Part shown: positions 37,101 to 49,100 of the stretch, one piece after another | Position numbering within the stretch: position 1 is the first letter of the stretch | Layout: every line of letters starts with the position of its first letter | Assembly: GCA_013239625.1 (NCBI GenBank) | Contig: MU055785.1 | Coordinates: forward strand, 930,001 to 994,000 | From: Lama guanicoe | Lineage: Eukaryota | DNA: 64,000 nt | Direction of reading: 5' to 3' | Notes under the pieces: model-generated | Seen by the model: only the letters and a program-made list of their open reading frames with translations | What the model was told of the DNA's origin: nothing | Database searches by the model: none | Made by a program: the position numbers and the translations under genes

Positions 37101-40100
37101 GTACAGCTGTGGCGGGTCCTGCAGGCTGGATGAGGGCTGGCCCCCCACAGGGAACTGGTTCATCTGCTGGGCCCGAGAGAGGAGACAGAGAGTTGGGGGA
37201 GACCCCAGCCCTGGAGGACACCCCCCTCACTCCCTGACCCCTGTGGTGGCACTTACACTGGCTCCATGGTTGGCCATGGGGCCCAGACCCAGCACACCTT
37301 GGGGGGCCATGCCCGCTGGGCCGTGGAGCAGGGGACCTGGGGCAGCTCCCATATGCAGGTCAGCTGTCCTGGCCAAGGCACCTGCAAGAGGGAAACATAG
37401 AGATGCCTGGGCTGGGGGATGGTGGCTGACGGCAGGGACAGCCCAGTCCCTGGGCATCCCCAGAGAATGGAGCCACCCCCACCCTTGGGATCAGGCACAT
37501 AGTAGGTGCATGGCAAATCACTTCTCTAGGTATATTGGTATAGAGTGGGTTCCTACCAGCTGCAGGTTCCTACCTGCCCCTCTGCCAAGGATTAGCTCAG
37601 GAATAGCAGATGTACCCCCTTCTTCTGTGCTGGACCTGGGACAGACATTGCTAATCTATCACAGATTCTCCCTACACCAGCCTGATTTTAGGCAGCCACC
37701 ACCAATCAAAGAAAGGATTGTCTTGATGTACAAGACAATCCTGCCCTGGCCTTCAGCTCTCCTCTGAGTTCTGGCTGCCACCTGGGCCCATCCTTTGTGC
37801 CTTGAAGGGTCTGTCTGCCTTGTCCTCTGTCTCTGACCAGATCCTCAGCTCCCCGAGAGCGAGGACCACATTTTATATGACTCAGTGCTTCTAATATCTG
37901 GCAGAGTGACAGGCACACAGGAGGTGTGCAGTGATGCAGTGAAGGAAGGGGCTTCCTTATTTCACAGTTACCATCTATTGAACACCTACTGTGTGCAAGG
38001 TACTTTCTGCATGGTGTCCTCATAACACCCCATCAGGGGAATTCTGTTCTCTCTTCATTGCAGATAAGGAACCAGGTCAGAGGGGAAGGCACTCACCCAA
38101 GGTCACACAGCTTGGGGTCTAGAACCTTGGGGTTCTAGATCAGAAATGGACAGACTACTGGCCACCAGGCCAAATCAGCCCACAGCATGTTTTTGTAAAT
38201 AAAGTTTTATTGACACACAGCTACATCCAGTCATTTACAGATTGTTTGTCTGTGGCTGGTTTTGTCCTGCAGGGACACGCTGAATCGTTTCAGCAGAGAC
38301 CACACGGCCTCCCGGGCCTAAAATACTGAGCAGCCCTTTACAGAAAAAGTTTGCTGACCCCTGCTACTGATGTTTAAGGCGAGAACAAGTTGTCCAGTGA
38401 AAGAAATACTCCTAGACATTAATTTTTCAACTACTGGTACTTTTTAAAAATTCAAGTGTAGTTGATTTACAATGTTGCGTTGGTTTCTGGTGTACAACAT
38501 AGTGATTCAATTATAGGTATATATATATTCTTTTTCGTATTCTTTTTCATTATAGGCCATTACAAGCTATTGCATACAGTTCCCTGTGCTCTGCCGTAGG
38601 GCCCTGTTGTTTTCAACAGTTGGTGCTTTTAATGTACTGCGGTGTTTGTTTCTGGTGATAGGTTTTCTTCAACACTTTCCACGTCCCTAAACGTTTAGTC
38701 CTCTTGCTATGACTGCAACTAACTGCCATTTATTGAGCACCTACTGTGTGCCGGGCCCTGTGCCCAGCACTTTCTTTGAAGAAGTCAAAGTATGTCCGTG
38801 AAGAGTCAGAGAGCAAATCTTTGCGGCTTTGCCAGCCACATGATCTCTGTCTTCTTTGCTTTTTCATAGCTCTTGAAAAATGTAAAAGCATTCCTAACAC
38901 AAAGGCTGGACAAAAACAGGCCAGCAGCTGCACGTGGTTCTGGGGACTGTAGTTTGCCGACTGCTCTAGGGGTTTGGGGTGTCCCAGGGAAGGGGGAGGG
39001 TCTGTCTTTTCTGTTCACTGACACCTGAGCGCACATCGGGCCTGACACACAGCAGTGAGCAAATGAATGAACACATCCCTCCGAGGAAGGCAGGAGTCCC
39101 ATTTTACAGAAGGAGAAACAGGCCCAGAGAGGGAGAGGGAGTAACCTGGCCAGGGCCACACAGCAGTGGTTGTCAGTGCTGGGTGTCACCCTTCCCCAGC
39201 ACCACCCTCACACCACCCGCCTCGCCTCTGAGCCTACCTGGGTGTGCATGCGGTGCACTGGGGCCTCCCAGGTCCACGCGGCCACTCGCCATCTGCTGCA
39301 GTCGTGGCACGTCCACGGCCGTGAGCCATGACAGTGACTGCAGGTCCCCAGGAAGGTCGTCATCGCTGGTGGAGGCCAGGAGTCTGCAGGGAGGAGCAGG
39401 AGCTTGAGTGGGGCGGGGAGCTCGGGCCAGCCCCTGTGGGGGGCTCCCCTACCTCTGGAATCACCCCCTTGGTCTCTCCCCTCCCCAAGCCATTCTAATC
39501 TTCCAAGCTGCCCATCCCCAGGGATTTCCCTTGAGCAGCCAGCTCGCCCATCCTCAAATCTTCCCTTCATTTATTCACTTAACATGTTGTACTTGGTTCC
39601 CATCCCCCAATACTCAACACTAAGGTTTGTTGAGCACTTACTATGTGCCAGCCACTGTATCAATTCCTTCACGGGTATTAACTCATTGAACACACCCAGT
39701 CACCTGATGGAGGTAGGTGTTATTATTCCCATTTCACTGATGGGGAAACTGAGGCTCAGAGCACTGAGTCACTCACCCAAGGAACAGGAAGTGGTGGGGC
39801 TGGAAGCCGGGCCATGTGGCCCGATGCCTGAACTCTTCACCGTGACCCCAGGCAGCCCCTAGAGGGTCCAGTTAGTATCCACGCTCACCACCCCTCAACC
39901 CATTCATGAGCGAAAACATTGCTTTCTATGGAAAGACAAAGCCTGCCCATCAAGGATACCAGGCAGGTACCCCAATTTGGGGTAACTGTGGCTCCCCAGT
40001 GCCCTTGAAGTCATGCTCACCACACGCCCAGCAGCATCTCGTCCACGTTGTAAGGTGGCAGCAGAACTGTCAGGAGCCCATGCTAGGCCCACCACGCCTG

Positions 40101-43100
40101 CCACCCGGGGCCAGATGAGGCCCTGCTGGCCACACACTTTCTGGTCTGATGCCCAGAGGCCCACTGTCCGAATTTTAAACTCCAATTTTCAGAAATAGGC
40201 ATCCTGGGTCCAAGTAGAGCCGGGGTGAGAGATGCAGCCTGTGGCTTTTCTCCCGCACGTGACAGTGGACCCTGCGGGGGCATCCGTCTCTACCCACTCC
40301 TGCCACCTGCATGGCTGCCCCAGCCGGTGTTCCCTCTCCTCCTCTTCCTCCATCTCTCTTCCCCCCTCCTTCCCATCTCGCCTGCTCTCTCTTTCCCTGT
40401 GTTTTAGGGCCACAATTAGCGTTGCCATGGCTCCCGCTGCTCGGTTGTCGCAGGGCCTGGGCCCTCAGCCCACCAAGCTGGCATCAGGTGACGGCCTGGC
40501 TGCCCCAGCGATTGGCTGCCTCGTAGGAAAACAGGGCCTGGAGATGATTTGAAAACCCAGCCGGCCCGTGTCGGTGGCAGCAGTTGGCCTGGCTGCTGTC
40601 CCCTGGTGGTCCATTGTGTGAAGGACGACTGTTGCCCCCGTGGCACGTGGTTCCTATTGTCCTGGGGTCTCCATGCAATTGTTTTTACAGCCCCCCCCAG
40701 CTGCCGCCCATTCGACCCGCTCATAACTCATCTGGACGAGTGACAGCCACGGGCCAGGCCTGGTGGATGCCATCTGTCCTCTCGGGCCCAGGGAGACCAT
40801 GGGGTGAGGCTGAGGGGCAGGGCCTGGTGTGCCGCCTGCCGTCGGGGAGCCTGGCCGGCCCCACCCCGCCCTCCTCATCCCACAGCCTGCCGACCTCCCA
40901 GCATCTGGTGATGCAAGCCCCACTCCTGCCCAGTAAACTGCTGTAGCTCCCCACTGCCCTTGCTGCTCTGCCTGACACTGAGGCCACAGGGAGGAGTGAG
41001 GATGAGGCCCTGCTGGCAAGTTTCTTAAGGTGGGGGCCCCACCAGCGCCCCCAAATGGTAGGAAGAGGGGCTTGTCAATCCCCAGTCTCTCTGGTGGTGG
41101 GAGAATCTGAAAGGCAATACACCCACTGGTTCAGAGCGTGGGCTCTTTAGGGGGAGGGTGTAGCTCAGTAGTAGAGCGTGTGCTTAGCATGCACGAGGTC
41201 CTGGGTTCAATCTCCAGTACTTCCATTAAAAATTTTTTTTCATAAATAAGTAAACCTAATTACCTCCCTCCCCTAAACAAACAAGCAGACAAACAAAACA
41301 AAACAAAAAACAAAAGCGCGTGGGCTCTGGTTCTAATCCTGATTTTCACTTCCCTGTGTGTCCTTGGGCTACTGACTTAACCTCTCTGAGCCTCAGTTTT
41401 TGATCTGTACAATGGGGATAAATAAGAGTTCCTATCACATAGGATATTGTGAGGATTAAATGTATTATTGCGTATCAAGCCTTGGAACCATTTCTGACTT
41501 CGCTATCATTAATGTTAATATTAATGATAGTATTAGTCAGGTCCTCAGGGGACCAGAAGTACACTGAAGCTCTGGGCTGTGACATCAGATGTACTTCCAA
41601 ACCTCCCTGAGCCTCAGTCTCCGCATCTGCCAAGTAGGGTAACAGTGACAGAGGCAAAGCACTTATAAGAGGCTCTTAGTGAATGTCCATCCTCCCCCTC
41701 TGCCCCTTCTCTCTCTGACGAGGCACCCGGGGCTCCCTAACCCCCCCCCCCAGACACGTCTTCAACCCACACACTCATATACCCATCATCTCTGTGTCCC
41801 CACCAGCAGGGATGGATGTTCAGAGCCACTGAGTCAGGCTTTCAGGGGATGAAAGCAGTTAACCCAGGCTCCCCTCGGCCCAGTGCTGGGGAGCCATGGC
41901 CCCCGCCCCACCCTTCAGCCAGCTCAGGTGACCGTGCTTTGACACGGGCATAGCCCATGCCGGGCCCTGGGGTTGTTCCCACCTCCTCCAGCACACCTCC
42001 ATCGTGCCTTCCTCTGCACCTGCGTACCTTGCATTCTTTCACAAAGGATGACTTTCTTTCTCCTTCTCTGGATCTGTCAGCATCCCCCCCACCTGCACCC
42101 CCATTTCTCTGAGGCCCAGGGAGCACCCTAGTGGGCCACCAGCCTCCACCTTCTGGACTTGGCTGATGTCCCCAGAGAGGGCAGGGGCTTCACCCCCAGG
42201 TCTGGTGGGGAGGAGGCTAGGACAGGGTCTGAGTCCACTGCTGGTTGCAGGCGGCCTCAGGAGAGCCTGATGCTGAAGCAGGAACCTCGCACCCACCCCC
42301 TGAGGGACGAGCGGTACTCCCAGGGTGCATCATGATGGGCCAGGCATACAGTGGGTGCTCAATAAATACTCATGGATTGGACAAGTGAGCAAACAGATCT
42401 GGCTGTCCAGATGCCCCACCCTCACTGCCCTGGCACCTAGGCAGGGGGTGAAAGGCCCAGCTTAATTTTATTTAATTTTATAGTTAAATAAAATTGAATT
42501 TCATTACAGCCTGTGGACACAGTTTGGGGTGAGTGAGCCCCTGGGGTGCACCCCACCCTGAACTGAAGTGGGTAACACGACTGATCTTGTGGCATCCTCA
42601 CAAGAGCCTGATCAGGTAGGGATGTTACCATTACTGCCATCCCATTTGGCAGATGGGGACACTGAGGCCAGGGAGAAGCAGGCCCATCTAGACTGGGTTG
42701 ATTTCAGCCCCACCATCCTCTCTCCCTGCCTGCAGGGTATGGTTGAAGAACTCTGTTCTGTGAGTTCTAGAAAATGCTGACACTGTGCTAGCCAATAGGA
42801 AGCCACATGTGGCTACTGAAATTTAAATTCAGTAAAATTATAGATTCAGTTTCATCACGCCAGACACATTTCAAGTGCTTGGCAGCCACACGTGGCCAGT
42901 GGCTGCAGTACTGGATGGCACAGATGGGGAACACTTCCAACATCATGGAACATTCTACGAGGTGGCAGTGTTCTGGAACATTCTTTAATCTTGATGGACA
43001 AATCTGCAGTGTTTTTGCCTTGCCTTTTTTTTTTTTTTATAGTGCCCTCAGGTTTTATTAACATGCTTGGTCTGAGTAACTCATCTCCATTTCCTGATGG

Positions 43101-46100
43101 CCAAGTAGGACGCTGACAAGGCCCCTAAGGCAGCTCCAGCCATTATGGCTCCGGGGAGGCCGGCCACCCACAGAGCCTGGGCGTCTGCAGGAGACCTTGA
43201 GCACTTCCTGAGCTTCTCTGAAGAGTCCCGAGTAGCTTGGAGTAGAACCATGGGACCCTTGCTAGAAACAAGGCAAGGTAAAAACAACTGGGTGTTTGAT
43301 TTGGATTTGGACATTTTAGGGGCTGATTTCATGGAAGGTTAAGTTTTATTAGATTTTGTTATAAAAGAGTCATCCACCCCACCCCACACCAGCGAGGAAG
43401 TTGGGGGAAAGGGCTCTGTAAAAATGGGAGCCACATACTAAGGCATCTCATGAGGTAGTGAGCTCTCTGTCCTGGGAGCATTCAAGTGGGAGCCAAGGGA
43501 TGACCTGTCTGGCCCCTGTTAGATGAAAGATGAGCTTAAGCAACCTCCAAGATCCCTTTGGATACAAAGACCCTGTAACTCCTGGGAGCCGTCTGCAGTT
43601 AAACACCCGGTTGCATTTCCGAAGTTCTATCATCTTGGACAAGCCCCTTCCCTCTCCAGGCCTCAGTTTCCCCATCTATAAAGCAGTCGTGGCAGAGAAG
43701 TTCGCTCAGGGCCCTCGTGGCCCGAGGGCTCTAGGAAGGCAGAGTAGCACTCTGGGGAGGAGCAGGTGTGAGCCCCAAGGCAGGCGGGCCTGGGCCTGAA
43801 CTCTTCCTGGCTGTGTGACTGCTGCCCTGGGCCTCAGTTTCCCCGTGTATAAAATGGGAATAATAATAGCACCTACCCGTGGGGGGCTGAGGAGAATGTA
43901 AGAGTTCACTTAAGCATAAGATCAAATGAAGCACCTAGTTTTCTGCTGAAAAAACAGGTTCAACTATTAGTTCCCTTTAGGACCCCTGAGGAGGCATCTG
44001 TCTCAAACCAAGTGGGGGATTTGCCACCAGCAGGGGGTCCTCATTAGTCAATGGAGAGCTTTGGGGGCAAAACGGAAAAAAAGACCTAGGGAGCATGCCA
44101 GGGTCTTCTTCTGAATAAAAGAGATCACGCCCTACTCCCCGCCCACACAAGACGGACTTCTCTCCAAAGCTCTGTTACATCCATCTTTTCCATGTTAAAA
44201 AACACACGCACACCCCTATGGGGCATCATCGCCCCCTTTCACAGGTAGGAAAGGTGAGGCCAAGCCAGGTGAATTCGCCTCAGCAGCCTCCTGGCAGTGG
44301 CCCCAGGTACCTGCCCCAGCAACTCCCCTGGGCCCCAATTTCCGCACCTGGAATGCAAGGGGGTTGAGCCCATCCCAGTGTCTGGGGGGGGGGGCACTGA
44401 GACACACAACCCCTAGGGCCACCCGGGGTGGGGGACTTCAGAGGTGGGCAGCCGACCTCTGCTGGGAAGTGGGATGCTGAAGGGTCCGGTCCCATTCGGA
44501 AGGAGTCGCAGCGTGGTGTCTGAGAGGGGGCAGACCCTGCTCAGGAGCGAGTGGTACCTTGGGGCCATCAGTATCAGGATAATGCTCTGTCATCAGTGCA
44601 GTAATGGTGTTGCCGATTTTCAGGTGCCTACTATGTGCTCATCACTTGACCCATGTTCCCTGTGTGCCCTTGTGAGTTTTGCTCTGAAGGCGCTGGGCTT
44701 ATCAGAAGGCGCGGGTCCTCCCATCCCATATGGAAAAAGCCTGTGCCCAGGGCTCACGCGTCCCTCTTTTTGTAGCATTTCAGTGTAGTTGGTTATGGTG
44801 TAAGCTCTGGGGTCTGCCACACCCGGCTTTGAATCCTAGCCAGCCACTTAGAAGCTGTGAGATTTGTCTGCCATCAGCTGCCTCTCTGAGCCTCAGTCTG
44901 CTCATGTGTACAATGAGGGTGCTAACCTCTGTATCCACCTCATAGGGTGTTGTAAGGACTGAAGAAGATAGTTCTGTTGGAGGGGGGCGCCTGGGTCATC
45001 ACTGCATTGCACGGTAGGGTTCATATTCATGTGAACATCCTCCAGGGAGTATGAGTTCAGCATGAAGAGGGCTCCGTGGAGAGGGTCACCCACAGAGTAT
45101 CCAACACTCAGTAAGCATCTGCTTCATTCCACAAATACTTCCTGAACTCCCACCTGCCATGCCTTGTTCTGGCCGGCAGACAAAACTCTTTCTGTCCAAG
45201 GAGAAAACTTTCTAATTGACCTAGGGATGCACAGGAGGGGAGGTCTGCCCCATGACATGCCCACCTTCCTGCCAGCCCTCTTAGGTCTGGACCTCCCTTG
45301 TCTCCTGACAGCCTGTGGGGTGGCTACTTAACAGACCCATTTCACAGATGGGATGGTTGAGGCCCAGAGAGGGGAAGGGATACCCCTCAGCCTCTCAGTG
45401 CATGGTGACAGGGCCACTGGTTGGGGGACCCTGCGGTAGCCCTGGGCAAAGCAAGATACCACTGGAGTCCATGACTACCATTCTGCACCAGCCAGGGGAC
45501 CAGGCTGAAAATATCAGTTAACAATAGCCGGTGGGGAGGGTATAGCTCAAGTGGCAGAGTGCATGCTTAGCATGCACGAGGTCCTGGGCTCGATCCTCAG
45601 TACTTCCTCCAAACACAAATAAATAGATAAACCTAATTACCTCCCCACTCCAAAATATTAAAAAAAAAATAGCCTTAATTGATCAGCTGTGCTGCTGGGG
45701 GGATGGAAGATGAGCCAGGAGAGTGGAGTGCTGGGCAAGTAAGCCCGGGGAGACCTGGATTCCAGTCCTGGCTCCACTCTTATTGCAGGCCTCTGTGCAG
45801 GTGACTGAATGCCTTTGAACCTCAGTTTTCTCATGTGTGGAACAGAGGTGATCACAGGGTCTGCCTCTGGGTTCAGGGCACGTAAACCACTAGAGGGCAT
45901 GGTTCAGTGTTTGGTTTGAGTGCTAGGCAAGTGTTTGTGGAATGGATTTCAGACCCAGCAGTCAGAGTCACCTTTCAAAAGAGACATCAGAGCCTGTCAA
46001 TGTCCTTAAAACCCATCGGAGTTGTAAGAGTTTAGCTCCCTGCCACAAACTGGCTCTTGGCTATCTCGTTCCTGATCCCCTCTGCTCTGGTAAACCTGGC

Positions 46101-49100
46101 TGTCTTTCAGTTCCTCAAACATTCTATGTTCTCTTTACACATGCTGTTCCTTCCGCCTAGGATGTTGTTCCATGCACTTATTCATGGCTGGCTCTTTCTC
46201 ATGCTTCTGGTCTCAGCCAAAAAGTTCCCTCCTTGGAGAGGCTCTCCTTGGCCACCCCCACCCCTGGTGGTCCTTCCTTTGGTTCCTTCTGGAGAACATT
46301 TTGACAGTTTGCAATGAGGTATTCGTGTATATCTTTCCAATCTTTCTGTTCTAGGAGCACAAGGGCAGGGAAGCCCTGTATTTTGTTCAGCACCTGGCAC
46401 AGGGCCTGGCACCCTGTGGGCATTTATTACATACCTGCTGGGGTAGGAAAGGGAATAAGGATCCTCCTTGACTCCAGCCCAGTTCAGCTCCAACCCATCT
46501 TGCATCCCCCAGTCTCTATCCATTTCCTGCCCAGCCTCCCCCAGACACCGCCTCCCCCAGGAAGTCCTCCTAGACCAGTCCAGCATTTCCCAGTCTTTCC
46601 ATCCCCTGGAATGACATGGCAAAAACTCCCAAGATCACTCGTTAATTCTCCTTGGGTGTCTCTGCTCTTATTTCCCCCTGACTTCTAAGTCCAGAGCCCA
46701 CATTTAACCCTTTATTTCCTGTCTTGGTGTATGTGTTGGGGGTTGCTTAGAGTTGATACAGCAGTTGTGCCATGGAAGGAACATCTATTGTGGGTTCAAA
46801 TTCTATCTTAACCCCTTTGGAGCTGTGTGACCTTGGATAAGTCGCATCTCTGTGCCTCAGTTTTCCCATCTGTAAAATGGAATAATAATATAAAAATAAT
46901 AATTATATTATTATTATTCCCACCACAGAGGGCAGCCATGAGGATGAGATCAGATAACCTGTAAGACAGGGCCCAGCACCCAGCAGGTACTGAAACCTCG
47001 TTTCTTTCTTCTCTCCTCTGGCTTTTCATGGTCACTAGGAGGGCGTTGCCCAGAAAATATTGTCACAGCAGGGAGTGGTGTCAGATCACCATCCCAGCGG
47101 TGCAGAGGCACATCCACCGTGATTATAACCAGGAGGTTTTACCTGCCGTCTCCAGTTGGGGTTAGTAAGAACTTGTTACATCATCACAAACTGTTTTAGT
47201 TTCTGGTCCAACCTTTACACAAAAGGGATTAAGCATTTCACGGAGCTGTTTATTTAGCGAACATATCTTTTGTAACTGTTTACAGGAAAAAGCGAATCAA
47301 ATGCCATTTTAGCAAGCTCAGAAATCCCCAGATGGGCCAAGAGTGCGTGTAACGTGAAATGATTTGATTAGGAATTTGGAAGAGAATCTTTCCTTCCTAG
47401 AACTTGGCTTGGGACTTGGTGTGCATGCTCATACTCTGTGTATGTTTCTGGAGGTGGAGACACAAGATCCCAGAGGAGGGCTGCACCCCAGAAAGGCTAC
47501 CTCTCTCATTCCTTGCCCATCAGTAGCCTGAGGAGCTGTTCTGGACACCCTGAACACCCTAAAGGGTTGTAAAGATGTTGAGGTGGTCATTGCCCCTGCT
47601 AGATGAAGCTCTCCACCAGCAAGGAGGTTATAATGGGTAGAGCCGCTCTGAAATGGGAGTTAAACCATTCCTATACTCTGTGCACTCAGAAGCTTAAGAG
47701 AAAAGGCAGGTGATCTGCCTTCCCTGGTCCACAGGACAGGATTTTGTCATCACTTGAGTGTGAAGCTTCCCTGAGTTTCTGTGGACATGCTATTTCTCAC
47801 GTGACATTTGTCTATCCATCCATCCAATGAGTATTTATTAAGTATTTACCATGTGCCCGGCACTGTGGCTCACTGATGAGAAGACCATTGTCCAGAGAGG
47901 GAAAGGATTTTGCCCAAAGTCACCTCCTCTTTTAGAGGAGGAGCTGCAGGTTTCAGGAGTGAACACTTGGCATGAGGATCTGTAAGGATAACCAATGAGC
48001 TGCATGGCCCGGGGGAGCCTCAGTTTTCCAATCTGTAAAAGGAGACTGTTGGATCCAACCTCCAGATAAGGAGTTAGCAGGTGCCTGGCACACAGTAAGT
48101 GCTTAATAACTCTCATGATTTCCTAGCACCTTGAAGAGTGGATTCCCTCCTAGTTCTGAGCCAAGGGAAAACCGACTAACCCATGCTGAGCAGGAGCTGT
48201 TAGCCGTTGCCCAGGTCAGGGCTGCCCCCATCCCCCGGCCCCCAGCGGGCTGGGATGCTGCTGCCAATTTGCTGTTGAGGCCCGGCCACTGACTCCCGAC
48301 AGCTCCCTGGGGACAGGGCTGCCGCCTCCAGCTGCTGCCCGTCCAGCCCCCGCCCACCCTGCACACAGCCATTGAAAGTTAACGGCCAAACTCAGCCCCT
48401 GGGGATGGAGGCACAGGCGGCTGCGTGAAGCGCTGCATGGGGGCTGGAACCAGGCTGCACCAGCGGCCTGAGTGGTCCTCGCAGCCATTCTCTGGAGACG
48501 TGGGAGGGGGAATGAGAAGCCCATAAACTCCTGGGCTATTATTTGGAGGAAAAAACAGGAGTGGTCGGAAGGGGTGGGGGTGTCGCTGCATAATCATAAA
48601 AGCTCCCTTCCATGGGAAAGCCCTCTTCCCCAGGACTGACAGTCACCTCCCACTGACCTGTGAATTGGGCTCTCTCGTTGCTCCGTTTCTCAGATGAAGA
48701 AACTGAGGCACAGAGAGAGAGGGGCAGTGACTTGTCCAGGGTCACACAGCCGTAAGGTGGTGGAGCAACTGACTCTGTTCCAGTGCCTGTGACCTTCGCC
48801 AGTAAGACACAGGGGTGGTGGCCATGGTACCCTCTGGTTGGGACAGCCTAGGGTTCAAGTCCCCACTGTACCCATAACTAGCTGCATCATCTTGTTAAAG
48901 TCATTTAATCTGGCTGAGCCTTGGTTTCCTCATCTGCCAAATGGGCACAAAGGTGCTACTCTCATGGGTGGTTGCAGCACAGGGCAGGCAGGTACTAAAG
49001 GGTTAGGAAACCACCAGCTATTATTATCATTATTATTATTATTATTGCTGTTATTTTATTATTCTGCCTTCTGTTTATGCTGTTTAACACAAGAAAACAG

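Noticed and set aside
37021-37767. 248-aa plus-strand ORF
   Set aside because: Antisense to two FOXN4 exons; low-complexity G/P/W-rich translation
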